A DNA stretch of 64,000 nt from Alphaproteobacteria bacterium (GCA_041738135.1 JBGSQK010000046.1:390-64389), one strand, 5' to 3'. Shown: positions 37,224 through 47,865, counted from the stretch's first letter. The notes: a model not told the origin generated them from the letters alone. Program-made: numbers and translations.

Positions 37224-38009
37224 TTATGAGTTAAGGGCAATGTTCCGATCATGATGTGAAGCGACCCCGAACTCATCAGACTTTTTTGCTGGGTCGGTGC
37301 TTTCAATCAACTTAGGTTTATCGGATTTGGTTTTTTCTGGCTCGCGCAACACATAACCTCGACCCCATACGGTTTCGATATAATTCTCACCGTCGAGTGC
37401 TTCAGCAAGTTTTTTGCGGAGTTTACAGATAAAGACGTCAATGATCTTGAATTCAGGCTCTTCCATACCGCCATAAAGGTGGTTCAAGAAGATTTCTTTG
37501 GACAATGTAGCGCCACGACGAACAGCTAAAAGTTCGATAATAGCATACTCTCTGCCTGTAAGACGAATTGGATTGCCATCAACTTCAACCATTTGCGTGG
37601 TTAGGTTCACAGTCAAACGTCCAATTCTGATCATGGATTGTGGATGGCCCTTCGAACGACGGATAATGGCACGCACACGCGCAACCAACTCGTTTCTATT
37701 AAATGGCTTAGTGAGATAATCATCCGCACCAAAACCCAGGCCTTTGATTTTGTCGTCAATGTCAGAAAGACCAGACAATATGAGAACTGGCGTTGAAACT
37801 TGTATGGCTCTTAAGCGGCGCAAGATTTCATAACCATCAATATCTGGCAGCATCAGATCCAATATGATCAAATCATAGTCGTATCTTTTGCCAATTTCTA
37901 ATCCATCTTCACCTATCGGGGTGGTATCGCAAATAAAACCTTCCGACTTCAAAGTGAGCTGGATCGACTTCGCTGTAGATTCATCGTCTTCGATTACTAG
38001 AATGCGCAT
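37224..38009 (-). CDS. ctrA: CtrA, cell-cycle master response regulator (OmpR family). The start is at MRILVIEDD.
   Basis: Near-collinear with Caulobacter CtrA. Matching stretches include MRILVIEDD...D51 context [15 protein letters not shown], ...[34 protein letters not shown], ...[12 protein letters not shown]. Confidence 0.9.
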   Translation of the reverse strand: MRILVIEDDESTAKSIQLTLKSEGFICDTTPIGEDGLEIGKRYDYDLIILDLMLPDIDGYEILRRLRAIQVSTPVLILSGLSDIDDKIKGLGFGADDYLTKPFNRNELVARVRAIIRRSKGHPQSMIRIGRLTVNLTTQMVEVDGNPIRLTGREYAIIELLAVRRGATLSKEIFLNHLYGGMEEPEFKIIDVFICKLRKKLAEALDGENYIETVWGRGYVLREPEKTKSDKPKLIESTDPAKKSDEFGVASHHDRNIALNS

Positions 38010-38206
38010 GTCACCCCCCAATAGTTTTTTAAGGACTTATAATTGACCCTATTTTATTTTTAACATAATTTTCATCAAAGTTAAAGAGAAATTGACAACT
38101 AGTTAATACTTCGCTGAAATAAAAAGGTTCTTTTTTAATTTGCGGCAATGTTAACAGCCAGTTATTATGTTAAACAGGAATATGAATTATTTACACCGGA
38201 GAAAAT

Positions 38207-41200
38207 ATGACACAAGGTTATTACCGCTATCCAGCTGTGCACAATGATACGTTGGTTTTTGTAAGCGAAGAAGACTTATGGCAAGTCCCCCTATCGGGCG
38301 GAATTCCGCGCAGATTGACCACTGGCTTGGGTTCGGTGACTCATCCTATTTTTTCCCCCGATGGCAAATGGATAGCGTTTGCTGGTTCTGAGGAAGGCCA
38401 CAGTGAAGTCTATGTGATGCCCAGCGAAGGTGGTCAAGCCGAACGCATTACTTATCTTGGCGATCAAGTACAGGTGGTTCACTGGACGGACAAGGGGATT
38501 ATTTTTTCCTCCTCATCAGGAATGGCTTTTAGCCGCGTCAATCAACTCTTCAAAATCGATCCTAAGCTCAAGCAACCAGAGGTTCTTCCCTTAGGCCCAG
38601 CCAATCATATTTCCTTTTCAAACAGTGGCAAGTCGGTTATTCAGCGACATGGCTATCGCGAGTATGGATATTGGAAACGTTACCGTGGTGGTACTGCCGG
38701 CAATCTGTGGATCGACAATAAAGGCGATGGAGAATATAGCCAGCTCATATCACTGAAGGGCAACTTGTTTCGGCCCATCTGGATTGGCGAGCGTATTTAC
38801 TTCGTATCTGACCATGAAGACATAGGCAATGTATATTCATGCCTACCGGACTCCAGTGATCTACAACGACATACCAATCACAAGGACTTTTACGTTCGCT
38901 ACATATACAGCGACGGCAAAACCATCGCATATAACGCCGGCGGTGATCTCTACAAACTTTCCCTTGCCACAGGTGAGTCAGAAAAAGTTGCTATCCAATA
39001 CAGCAGTCCTCGCACGCAAAGAAACCGCAAGTTCGTTAATGCTGCTCGTTACCTGGAAGACTATTCCTTAAGCCCCCGAGGCGATTTCATAACTCTGCTC
39101 AGTCGCGGAAAAGCTTTTTGCTTCAGTAATTGGGAAGGCGCTGTTCTACAATTTGGCGATTCGGAAACAGCTCGCTATCGCAATCCACAATGGCTGAATG
39201 ATGGTCAACGAATTCTTGTGATCAGTGACGAGTGCGGCGATGAGTGCTTGGGTATCTATAATGCGGAAACTCTCGAACAGCTTAAGAGCTCAAAAACCAT
39301 TGATATCGGTCGTATTATCGAAATTCAAATCTCCCCCACCAAGGACGAAGCCGTTTTCAGCAACCATCGCTGTGAACTGATCCATGTGGACTTGAAGACA
39401 TTCAAGATTAAAATCCTAGACCGTAGCCCCAACTCTGAAATTCAGGGGTTTGATTGGTCACCAGATGGCGTATGGATTGCTTATAGTTGCGCCATCAGTA
39501 GGCACCAATCAGTCATAAAAATGGTCGATGTGAAAAAAGGCAAGCCGATCACTATCACAAAACCTGTTTTGAAAGACGTCTCACCGTCCTTTGACCCCGA
39601 TGGTCAGTATTTGTATTTCCTATCATGCAGACAGTTCAACCCCTATCATGACTCTTTGCATTTTGAGTACTCGTTTCCTAACGGCATGAAGCCCTATCTG
39701 ATTACACTTCAGAAAGACTTACAAAATCCTTTCGTGGACAGGCCCACAGACTTGAAAAAGCAAGATGAGGACGACGATTCTGATAAAAAGAAAAAATCTA
39801 GCAAAGCAAAACCCATTCAAATTGATTTTGAGGGCATTGAAGAACGTCTGATCCCCTTCCCTGTGGATGAAGGTTTATTTGGACAAATCGTTGGCATTAA
39901 AGGCAAGGTCCTCTTTACGGCAATCCCGTTGGAAGGCACTCTTGGCGGTGAAGGTTCAACAGAGCCTGATGCGGAAGACGAGCTCTATGCTTACGAGTTT
40001 GACGGTCAAAAACTCACTTCTATATACGAAGGCATCAGCGAATTTTCCGTGAACCAAGATCGCTCAACCATGGTTCTGCGCATCGGCAATCGTTTGCGTG
40101 TGGGCAAAGCGGGAGAAAAGATTGACTCCGATTCGGATTCCGCCAAATACAGTAAGCGCAATGGTTGGATTGATTTGAACAGAGTGAAAGTTCTAGTGGA
40201 CCCAGAATTAGAATGGAAACAGATGTACAGGGAAGCCTGGCGCCTGCAACGAGATCACTTCTGGCGTGAAGATATGTCAAAGGTTGACTGGCAAGGGGTA
40301 TACGATCGCTATGAACCCCTATTGGACCGCTTAGGTGCTCGAGAAGAACTCAGCGACCTCATCTGGGAAATGCAAGGTGAATTGGGTGCTTCCCACGCTT
40401 ACGTATTTGGTGGCGATGTGCGCTATCCTCCTCATTATGGTGTGGGCAAACTGGCCGCGGAATTTGGGTATGACGCTAAAACGAAAGCCTATCGCATTAG
40501 CAACATCGCTCGTGGCGATTGCTGGCAAGAAAAATTTGGTTCACCTTTATATGCACCTGGCCTCAACATCAAAGAAGGCGACCTTATTTGGGCTGTTAAC
40601 GGAAGACCATGCGATGAAGACACCAGACCTGAGTCCCATCTTATAAACATGGCTGGACAAGAGGTACAACTCACGATCAGCGACCCTAAAGGTAAAGCAA
40701 AAAGACAAGTCACCGTTGAGACCTTACGCTCTCAATACATGGCACGCTATCGTGAATGGGTTGAGAGAAATCGTGCTTACGTACATGAAAAGACCAATGG
40801 CAAAGTAGGTTACATCCACATCCCCGACATGTCACCCTTTGGTTTTTCCGAATTCCACCGAGGCTTTTTGGGCGAACTGGATCGCGAAGGCCTGGTGGTC
40901 GACGTACGTTTTAACGGCGGTGGACATGTTTCCCAACTGCTCATCGAAAAACTGGCCCGCAGGCGCCTAGGCTACGACCAATGTCGCTGGTTTGGCATTT
41001 CCTCCTACCCAGAAGACGCCCCCCAAGGACCCATGGTGTGCCTGACCAACGAGTACGCAGGCTCCGACGGCGATATGTTCTCCCACGTGTTCAAAATGAT
41101 GAAATTGGGCCCGCTCCTGGGCAAAAGAACCTGGGGCGGCGTCATCGGCATCTGGCCAAGACACTCCCTGGTGGACGGCGGCTATACAACGCAACCAGAA

Positions 41201-41386
41201 TTCTCATTCTGGTTCAAAGACGTAGGCTGGGGCATTGAAAACTATGGCGTGGATCCAGATATCGAAGTAGAGTTCAAGCCGCAAGATTATGCAGCTGGCC
41301 GTGATCCACAATTGGATAGATCCATTAAAGAAGTGGAGACGATTATGAAGAATAATCCGCCGCAGGAGACACCAGCAGCAGCTTAG
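38207..41386 (+). CDS. Tricorn protease homologue (S41B family; beta-propeller plus PDZ plus C-terminal peptidase domains)
   Basis: 1059 aa. The N-terminus GYYRYPAVHNDTLVFVSEEDLWQVPLSGG is the hallmark opening of tricorn-like proteases. A C-terminal S41-like region (GYIHIPDM...NGGGHVSQLL...TNEYAGSDGDMF) contains a Ser/His catalytic context. Confidence 0.8.
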   Translation: MTQGYYRYPAVHNDTLVFVSEEDLWQVPLSGGIPRRLTTGLGSVTHPIFSPDGKWIAFAGSEEGHSEVYVMPSEGGQAERITYLGDQVQVVHWTDKGIIFSSSSGMAFSRVNQLFKIDPKLKQPEVLPLGPANHISFSNSGKSVIQRHGYREYGYWKRYRGGTAGNLWIDNKGDGEYSQLISLKGNLFRPIWIGERIYFVSDHEDIGNVYSCLPDSSDLQRHTNHKDFYVRYIYSDGKTIAYNAGGDLYKLSLATGESEKVAIQYSSPRTQRNRKFVNAARYLEDYSLSPRGDFITLLSRGKAFCFSNWEGAVLQFGDSETARYRNPQWLNDGQRILVISDECGDECLGIYNAETLEQLKSSKTIDIGRIIEIQISPTKDEAVFSNHRCELIHVDLKTFKIKILDRSPNSEIQGFDWSPDGVWIAYSCAISRHQSVIKMVDVKKGKPITITKPVLKDVSPSFDPDGQYLYFLSCRQFNPYHDSLHFEYSFPNGMKPYLITLQKDLQNPFVDRPTDLKKQDEDDDSDKKKKSSKAKPIQIDFEGIEERLIPFPVDEGLFGQIVGIKGKVLFTAIPLEGTLGGEGSTEPDAEDELYAYEFDGQKLTSIYEGISEFSVNQDRSTMVLRIGNRLRVGKAGEKIDSDSDSAKYSKRNGWIDLNRVKVLVDPELEWKQMYREAWRLQRDHFWREDMSKVDWQGVYDRYEPLLDRLGAREELSDLIWEMQGELGASHAYVFGGDVRYPPHYGVGKLAAEFGYDAKTKAYRISNIARGDCWQEKFGSPLYAPGLNIKEGDLIWAVNGRPCDEDTRPESHLINMAGQEVQLTISDPKGKAKRQVTVETLRSQYMARYREWVERNRAYVHEKTNGKVGYIHIPDMSPFGFSEFHRGFLGELDREGLVVDVRFNGGGHVSQLLIEKLARRRLGYDQCRWFGISSYPEDAPQGPMVCLTNEYAGSDGDMFSHVFKMMKLGPLLGKRTWGGVIGIWPRHSLVDGGYTTQPEFSFWFKDVGWGIENYGVDPDIEVEFKPQDYAAGRDPQLDRSIKEVETIMKNNPPQETPAAA

Positions 41387-41440
41387 AGTCTTGAAACTTT
41401 ACACTGAGAAACAACATTTGCAACCAGAAGGTAAAAACCA

Positions 41441-41770
41441 ATGAGAGGAATACGTCTAACTGACTTTGAAGTCTTGGCTATCAGCAAAGCTTTTAGGTTA
41501 TGTTTTTTACAAGACGATCATCTCTGGTTGTTTGGTTCACGCACAAATTTGAATAAACGGGGTGGAGATATTGATCTTTACATTGAAACTCATATTCATG
41601 ACCCTACTGAAGCCAACAACAGAAAGTTGCGTTTTTTGTCTGAACTAGAAAGCACGCTTGGGGAGCAAAAAATTGATTTGGTCCTCAAAGCTGATGATCC
41701 AGATTTACCCATTTACAGTGTCGCTAAAAAAGAAGGTATCAAAATAATAGGAAAACAAATGAACTATTAG
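41441..41770 (+). CDS. Nucleotidyltransferase-domain protein (MNT-type antitoxin)
   Basis: LFGSRTNLNKRGGDIDLYIE is a GS...D.D minimal nucleotidyltransferase motif. Confidence 0.7.
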   Translation: MRGIRLTDFEVLAISKAFRLCFLQDDHLWLFGSRTNLNKRGGDIDLYIETHIHDPTEANNRKLRFLSELESTLGEQKIDLVLKADDPDLPIYSVAKKEGIKIIGKQMNY

Positions 41771-41862
41771 CATTTGAATTAAGAATCTGCCGTATACATG
41801 CAGGCAGATTAAATCTTGCCTTAAACAAGATTGAACACTTATATCCCTTCAAGGTTTATAAT

Positions 41863-42219
41863 GTGAACGCGATTCCCGAAGATGATTTGGCCTACATGGA
41901 TATGTTTACAACACGATTGGGTAAATTACAGGACTCTTTGGGAGAAAAGGTATTCACCACCTTGTTGGAGATTTTGGGTGAGTCCACAGAAAACAAAAGC
42001 TACATAGATAGACTAAACAAGCTCGAGAAATTAGAAACACTGCCCAGCGCAGCAAGGTGGCAAGAGCTCAGAAAACTCCGTAATATTCTCGTCCATGAGT
42101 ACCCCGACAGCCCCTCATTTATAGCTGACAACCTGAATACAGCTTATATTCAAGCCAAAAAATTATTAACCTTTTTGGATTCGCTTGTAAGCTACATAAA
42201 AGAAAAGAAATTCACGTAA
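41863..42219 (+). CDS. HEPN-domain protein (HepT-type toxin), partner of the upstream MNT
   Basis: RNILVHEY matches the HEPN Rx4HxY motif. It is of small size and lies directly downstream of the nucleotidyltransferase gene. Confidence 0.6.
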   Translation: MNAIPEDDLAYMDMFTTRLGKLQDSLGEKVFTTLLEILGESTENKSYIDRLNKLEKLETLPSAARWQELRKLRNILVHEYPDSPSFIADNLNTAYIQAKKLLTFLDSLVSYIKEKKFT

Positions 42220-42316
42220 CGAAGAATGTTATAACCTCTTGACAAATTATTAATTTAACATTAGGTGTAGTTATAACATCATCATGGGATGGTTATTTAG
42301 TTAGGAGTTAATAATT

Positions 42317-43072
42317 ATGCGTAATAAGTTATTAAGAATATCACTTGTTTTGTCAGCGTTGTCTTTAAACGCTTTACCATCAGCCTATGCAAGCCTTCCC
42401 ACATGCCATTTTGGAATCGTGGAACGCGCGGGAGTTGCTGTAGTAAAACATTTTCCACAATCAATACCAGCACTAGAGTATACAGTTTTGGTCGGCATCG
42501 ATGCACAGAAAACGCACAATGGCATGCCATGTGTCAATTTCTTTGCGGGGAAATGTGATCCTACTGATCCATATTCAACATCTGCTGCCGCAAGAGAAAC
42601 CCGAGAAGAGACAGCAGAGGCTATACAGATATCAGGTAATTCTCTTCGTGGCTGTCCTTACGCCTACTCTGGTGATTTCAAACCCAACGGGGGTAACACC
42701 CAAGGCAAAAACTACATACAACTTTTCTTTGTACGGAACGATGCGTTAAGCGTAACAACAATTACACAAGCTCAAGTAGCCGCCGTAAACAACCATCAAC
42801 TACCTCATCATCTGAGAGAAGTTCGCGCAACTTGTGCGCTGCCGCTCCAAGATGTCTTAAATGCCGCAAGAGCCATCGCAGCATATGAAGCTGCTGGAAA
42901 TTTCGCTGCTGCGCAAAATGATGCTTTATATACACTGCATACCCGTGGCAATGGTCAAGGAGCAGGTCGTATGGCTGTATTTTTGGATCCTCAATACTTG
43001 CGTAATTTAGCTCGCGATATCAATAATTTCGTAAACATCTGCCAGAATATAACCAATAATAACGTTCAATAA
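42317..43072 (+). CDS. Hypothetical secreted protein
   Basis: Signal peptide MRNKLLRISLVLSALSLNALPSAYAS. I recognise no domain. Confidence 0.45.
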   Translation: MRNKLLRISLVLSALSLNALPSAYASLPTCHFGIVERAGVAVVKHFPQSIPALEYTVLVGIDAQKTHNGMPCVNFFAGKCDPTDPYSTSAAARETREETAEAIQISGNSLRGCPYAYSGDFKPNGGNTQGKNYIQLFFVRNDALSVTTITQAQVAAVNNHQLPHHLREVRATCALPLQDVLNAARAIAAYEAAGNFAAAQNDALYTLHTRGNGQGAGRMAVFLDPQYLRNLARDINNFVNICQNITNNNVQ

Positions 43073-43098
43073 CATTTTCCCAAAACACAGTTCCCCAG

Positions 43099-43122
43099 TC
43101 CGTAATGACTGGGGACATTTTA
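43099..43122 (+). terminator. Hairpin downstream of the 42317 gene, a possible terminator
   Basis: ccccagtc-cgtaat-gactgggg followed by an A/T-rich tract. Confidence 0.35.
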
Positions 43123-43362
43123 CAAAGTACCTTTTGAGTTTCGACATTTTGTTGGAGCAGTCATTTTAGTTGTTTTCGCAATAAACACGGAACTTCTTTA
43201 TCCAAACTGCTGAAAATGCTTGCCATAGCAATAAATATTTCCACATTAACCTACTACCCCAATACAAAATAAACCGCATTTTCCCAAAAATTTTTCTCAT
43301 CTTGTAAACACTCCGTTGACTTTTCTTGCTATAATGGGAGAAAGGGAATAAAAGTGATTGTT

Positions 43363-43941
43363 ATGAGAAGATCTTACAAGTTTGTTTATGAGAATTGGGA
43401 CGTTAAACCGGCAACCAGGCGTTGTGATAGACCGGGATGCTTGGAGGCAGGCGAATTTCGTGCACCTAAGAACCGTGATCGTTTGGATGATTACTATTGG
43501 TTTTGCGTCGGGCATGTGCGTGAATATAACGAACACTGGAACTTTTATGCAGGCATGAACGACACGGAAGTGGAGGCTCACCATCGCTCCGATAGCACTT
43601 GGCAAAGACCTACCTGGCCTTTGGGGCAGCAGAAATTTACTAAACTTGTGGAAAATTCCTTACACTATCATCCGCTTACCGGTTGTTTTCCAGGCGAGAA
43701 TTTACACGCCCAGGTTAATGACCCCAATGCTAAGTGGTTTGCACATCATACGGAAGAATGCAAAGCCCTTGCGATGTTAGAGCTTGACCAGCCGGTGACT
43801 TTCCAAATCGTTCGCGAGACCTATAAAACTAAAGTGAAGAAATTCCATCCAGATATCAACAAGGGCTGTAAATTCGCTGAAGAGCGACTCAAAACCATCA
43901 ACGTGGCTTATGGTCTCCTAAAGAAAGCCTTTGTGAACTAG
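43363..43941 (+). CDS. J-domain (DnaJ-like) protein with an N-terminal Cys-rich region
   Basis: The C-terminus YKTKVKKFHPDINKGCKFAEERLKTINVAYGLLKK carries the HPD motif of J-domains. The N-terminus has CxxxC...C..H spacing. Confidence 0.6.
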   Translation: MRRSYKFVYENWDVKPATRRCDRPGCLEAGEFRAPKNRDRLDDYYWFCVGHVREYNEHWNFYAGMNDTEVEAHHRSDSTWQRPTWPLGQQKFTKLVENSLHYHPLTGCFPGENLHAQVNDPNAKWFAHHTEECKALAMLELDQPVTFQIVRETYKTKVKKFHPDINKGCKFAEERLKTINVAYGLLKKAFVN

Positions 43942-44049
43942 ACTCATCAGTTTTTTACGAATAATTCTTGCATCTGTGCCGCAAATCCCCTAGATTTTTA
44001 AAATAATTAATATATATTTTAGATAATAAGATATTCGTCAGGGACACGC

Positions 44050-44601
44050 ATGACCACGAAGAGCAATTCTCAATCCGGTGCAAGTCGCCGAGATTTTCTC
44101 GTTTTAACCACAACCGCTTTGGGTGCGGTTGGAACTGCCAGCCTAATCTACCCTTTCATTTCGAGCATGAATCCATCTGCGGATGTTTTGGCCATGGCAA
44201 CCGTTGACATTGATGTTTCGCCTGTGGCCGTTGGTCAAGCCATCACAGTGATGTGGCGTGGCAAACCTGTTTTTATTCGTCACAGAACTGAAGCTGAAAT
44301 TAAGGAAGCACGTGATGTGAATATGTCCACTTTGATTGACCCACAAGCGGATGCGGAAAGAACCACTTACAAACCAGAATGGTTAATCGTCGTGGGCATC
44401 TGCACGCATTTGGGTTGCGTCCCTTTGGGCCAAAAGCCCAGTGACCCTCATGGTCAATATGGCGGCTGGTTCTGCCCTTGCCATGGCTCGCAATACGACA
44501 CATCTGGTCGCGTTCGCGTAGGACCAGCACCAACCAATTTGGAAGTACCAGTGTACAAGTTTTTAACAGACACGACTGTTCGCATAGGATCTGAAATATG
44601 A
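44050..44601 (+). CDS. petA: Ubiquinol-cytochrome c reductase Rieske iron-sulfur subunit
   Basis: Tat-like RRDFL N-terminus, and the CTHLGC...CPCHGSQYD Rieske boxes. Confidence 0.9.
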   Translation: MTTKSNSQSGASRRDFLVLTTTALGAVGTASLIYPFISSMNPSADVLAMATVDIDVSPVAVGQAITVMWRGKPVFIRHRTEAEIKEARDVNMSTLIDPQADAERTTYKPEWLIVVGICTHLGCVPLGQKPSDPHGQYGGWFCPCHGSQYDTSGRVRVGPAPTNLEVPVYKFLTDTTVRIGSEI

Positions 44602-45827
44602 CGCAGAACGAGAAAAAACCTAGTGGTGTTATCGGTTGGATAGATGAACGTCTACCCATATTTTGGTTTCTGAACAAGGAGCTTTTGGAATATCCCACAC
44701 CAAAGAACTTGAACTATATGTGGAACTTTGGCTCACTGGCAGGGATCACACTCGTCGTAATGATTGCCACAGGCATATTCTTAGCCATGCATTACACACC
44801 TCACGTGGACTATGCTTTTAACAGCGTCGAGCACATTATGCGCGACGTGAATTATGGCTGGCTCATACGTTATATCCACATGAACGGCGCCTCGATCTTC
44901 TTCATCATCGTATACATCCATATGTTCCGAGGCATGTATTATGGTTCATATAAAAGACCCCGTGAATTGTTGTGGATCTTGGGCGTCATTATCTTCTTGA
45001 TCATGATGGCCACCGGTTTTATGGGATATGTGCTTCCTTGGGGACAGATGAGTTTTTGGGGCGCAACCGTTATTACTAACCTCTTTTCCGTGATTCCATT
45101 TTTCGGTGAATCCATCGTCCAATGGCTCTGGGGTGGCTTTTCCGTCGACAACCCTACACTCAACCGCTTCTTTGCGTTGCATTACTTACTGCCATTCGTG
45201 ATTATTGGCGTGGTCTGTTTGCACTTGGTTGCATTACATATGTTTGGATCGAACAATCCCTTGGGTGTGGAAAAGAAAAAGAAGGAAGATACTCTTCCGT
45301 TTCACCCCTACTACACTGCTAAGGACCTTTTTGGACTTGGCGTGTTGGTGACTATCTGGGGCTTTTTTGTCTTCTTCTCTCCCAACTTCTTTGGCGAGCC
45401 GGACAACTATATCCCCGCAGATCCGCTGGTAACACCTCAGCACATTGTACCTGAGTGGTATTACCTGCCCTTCTATGCCATATTGAAATCTGTGCCTAAC
45501 AAGGCTATGGGTGTCGCGCTGATGTTCAGCTCCATATTTATTCTCTTTGTTCTACCCTGGTTAGACACATCTCCCGTAAAAAGCGCTCGCTTTAGGCCAC
45601 TTTACAAGTACTTCTTCTGGGTGTTTGTAATTGCATGTTTTGCATTGGGTTGGTCCGGTGGACAACCGCCTGAAGGCCTTCCCGTTTGGATTGGACGACT
45701 ATCAACCACATATTACTTTGCCTTCTTCTTGGTTGTGTTGCCTCTATTAGGTCGTTACGAGCGTCCATTGCCATTACCTGAAAGTATATCACATCCAAAC
45801 TTACAAAGACGTAAGGCAGATGGTTGA
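44598..45827 (+). CDS. petB: Cytochrome b
   Basis: 409-aa polytopic protein with conserved His heme ligands in the cytochrome b context ([12 protein letters not shown]..., [12 protein letters not shown]). Confidence 0.9.
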   Translation: MTQNEKKPSGVIGWIDERLPIFWFLNKELLEYPTPKNLNYMWNFGSLAGITLVVMIATGIFLAMHYTPHVDYAFNSVEHIMRDVNYGWLIRYIHMNGASIFFIIVYIHMFRGMYYGSYKRPRELLWILGVIIFLIMMATGFMGYVLPWGQMSFWGATVITNLFSVIPFFGESIVQWLWGGFSVDNPTLNRFFALHYLLPFVIIGVVCLHLVALHMFGSNNPLGVEKKKKEDTLPFHPYYTAKDLFGLGVLVTIWGFFVFFSPNFFGEPDNYIPADPLVTPQHIVPEWYYLPFYAILKSVPNKAMGVALMFSSIFILFVLPWLDTSPVKSARFRPLYKYFFWVFVIACFALGWSGGQPPEGLPVWIGRLSTTYYFAFFLVVLPLLGRYERPLPLPESISHPNLQRRKADG

Positions 45828-46608
45828 AGAGAGCATGAAGATGAAAACACAACTAAAGATAATATATTTGGCCACAGCTCTTCTCGGGTTATGCGTTTCC
45901 AATGTAGGTGCAGTAGAATCCATAAAGCCTTCCGAAGAAAGCTGGACATTCAACGGCCCTTTCGGCACTTTTGATAAAGCTCAATTGCAACGAGGGTTTC
46001 AGGTTTATAAAGAAGTCTGCTCAGCTTGTCACTCATTAAAGCTGTTGAGTTATCGCAATCTAACAGCACTGGGTTTTTCCGAAGCAGAAGTTAAAGCAAT
46101 TGCTCGTCAAAACAACGTCCCCGCAGCTCCCAATGATGCAGGCGAAATCGTTGACAGGCCTGCATTGCCGTCAGATCGTTTTCACTCCCCATATCCTAAC
46201 TCACAGGCAGCACGTGCTGCCAACAATGGCTCTCTGCCGCCCGATCTTTCCCTCATCGTTAGCGCTCGCAAAGGCGGCCCAGACTACATTCATGCATATA
46301 TAACTGGCTACCAGGAGCCTCCTGCTTCCTTTAAATTAGGAGAAGGTATGCATTACAACGTTTACTTCCCTGGCAATCAAACAGCCATGGCGCCACCCCT
46401 TACTGATGGCCAGGTAGCTTATTCTGACGGAACAACGGCAACGGTGGATCAAATGTCTAGAGATGTGGCATCCTTTCTTTACTGGGCCGCCAATCCGCAC
46501 ATGGAAGAACGCAAGCAAATGGGCGTCATGGTAATGCTCTATATGATCATATTCACAGCCCTGCTGTATATGACCATGAAGAGAATTTGGTCACGGGTGG
46601 AGAAATAA
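45820..46608 (+). CDS. petC: Cytochrome c1
   Basis: Signal peptide, the CSACHS haem-binding motif, and a C-terminal membrane anchor. It follows petB. Confidence 0.85.
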   Translation: MVEESMKMKTQLKIIYLATALLGLCVSNVGAVESIKPSEESWTFNGPFGTFDKAQLQRGFQVYKEVCSACHSLKLLSYRNLTALGFSEAEVKAIARQNNVPAAPNDAGEIVDRPALPSDRFHSPYPNSQAARAANNGSLPPDLSLIVSARKGGPDYIHAYITGYQEPPASFKLGEGMHYNVYFPGNQTAMAPPLTDGQVAYSDGTTATVDQMSRDVASFLYWAANPHMEERKQMGVMVMLYMIIFTALLYMTMKRIWSRVEK

Positions 46609-46769
46609 AGGCATACTTGCGAGGCCTGGCATGGACCCGTGCAAACGAGTGGGTGACACGGAACAAATTAATGAAGTAGCGCCCTATTCCCAAGCTCCAT
46701 TATTTTATAGACTAAATTCATTTAGAACGCTATATATTGTTAGAAATATTAACTTAAGAGGATAGTAAT

Positions 46770-47639
46770 ATGAGCCAAAATATAAAAAAGCTGCTGAAAG
46801 TTTTACTACCGTGTTTAATCGTATTCTTGAGCGGTATGTATATTTACGACATGCAGAAGATGTCAGAGCTTCCTCGTTTTAGAAGTACCGATCATCCCTT
46901 CAAGACCACATCTGTCACGCCGTTACCAACACGAAAAGGTCTGGAAATTCTCAGAATTTCAGGCAGCCGCAGACCAACACAAGGCGGTCTCAAAAAAAAT
47001 CTTGGCTCCATGGGCATGCCCGTTTACAGTTTTGATCTGCAACAAGAGGATCATTATTACATCAATGGCTCCCCGGCGAGGTGGTATGGTTATGATAGCG
47101 CAGCGGAAGCCGGCGTTAACATGGCCATAATAGGCACTCGCCACTATATCCGCAGGCTCATACACACCGGAAAGTTGGTCCATACAAAAGAAGACATGCA
47201 GACGGAAAAAGAGATTACCGAAGCCCTGGGCTTTAAATATATAGGCATTTTGCAAACCAGACATCGTATTCCCAAAGCAGAGCAAGTGGATCAGTATATG
47301 GATACCATTAATTCCATCCCCCAACCCTCATGGATACATTTCCATTGCAACGGCGGCAGAAGCCGAACCTCATTGGCGATGGTCATGTATGATATTATGA
47401 AAAATGGCAGAGAAGTGTCCGTGGAGGACATCGTAAAAAGACAGCATTTGCTCGGTTCTGAAGACCTGTTTGACACGCGCGTATGGGCTACATCAACCTA
47501 CACAAAAGAAATGCTAGAAAACCGTGCTGAATTCATAAAAGCCTTCTATCGCTACGTCAACGACCCAGAAGGTTACGGTGTTACCAAATGGTCCGAGTGG
47601 TCCGCAAAGCATAAGGTTTATACGGTGGTAGAGCTTTAA
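46770..47639 (+). CDS. Membrane-anchored/secreted protein-tyrosine-phosphatase-like protein (CX5R active site; PTP-like phytase / dual-specificity-phosphatase family)
   Basis: WIHFHCNGGRSRTSLAMVMY is an exact match to the PTP P-loop HCxxGxxR(S/T). The N-terminus has a hydrophobic segment LLKVLLPCLIVFLSGMYIY. Confidence 0.6.
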   Translation: MSQNIKKLLKVLLPCLIVFLSGMYIYDMQKMSELPRFRSTDHPFKTTSVTPLPTRKGLEILRISGSRRPTQGGLKKNLGSMGMPVYSFDLQQEDHYYINGSPARWYGYDSAAEAGVNMAIIGTRHYIRRLIHTGKLVHTKEDMQTEKEITEALGFKYIGILQTRHRIPKAEQVDQYMDTINSIPQPSWIHFHCNGGRSRTSLAMVMYDIMKNGREVSVEDIVKRQHLLGSEDLFDTRVWATSTYTKEMLENRAEFIKAFYRYVNDPEGYGVTKWSEWSAKHKVYTVVEL

Positions 47640-47675
47640 GCAGACGGCTATTTCAGGGGAACAACTGATGCACCA

Positions 47676-47812
47676 CCCCCGTGTCTCCCCGACCTTGAGC
47701 CGCGGTCCAGCACAAAAAGTGGAGCGTCCGCGACTCATTATTTTCTATATAGAGCAGCTTCGCAGCACTCTATTTCGCTGGACCCCGGCTCAAGGCCGGG
47801 GAGGCACGGGAG
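47676..47812. repeat. MITE-like palindromic element, family C copy 1
   Basis: ccccgtgtctccccgaccttgagccgcggtccagcacaaaaagtggagcg...gctggaccccggctcaaggccggggaggcacggg. The arm hairpin is cccggc-tcaag-gccggg. The ORF-track ORF 47668-47853 is a translation of the repeat. Confidence 0.8.
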
Positions 47813-47865
47813 GGTTATGCTGCAAGTTATTTTCAAAGATTGATACTATATGAACAGGGAATAAA

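Noticed and set aside
38010-38206. CtrA-binding TTAA-N7-TTAA boxes in the ctrA / tricorn divergent promoter region
   Set aside because: Several TTAA half-sites are present (AT-rich spacer), but none has the canonical 7-nt spacing, so I cannot support a call.
43280-43340. Sigma-70 promoter for the J-domain gene (TTGACT ... TATAAT)
   Set aside because: The spacer between the candidate -35 and -10 is only 8 nt. The TATAAT may be an extended -10 promoter, but it is not supportable from sequence alone.
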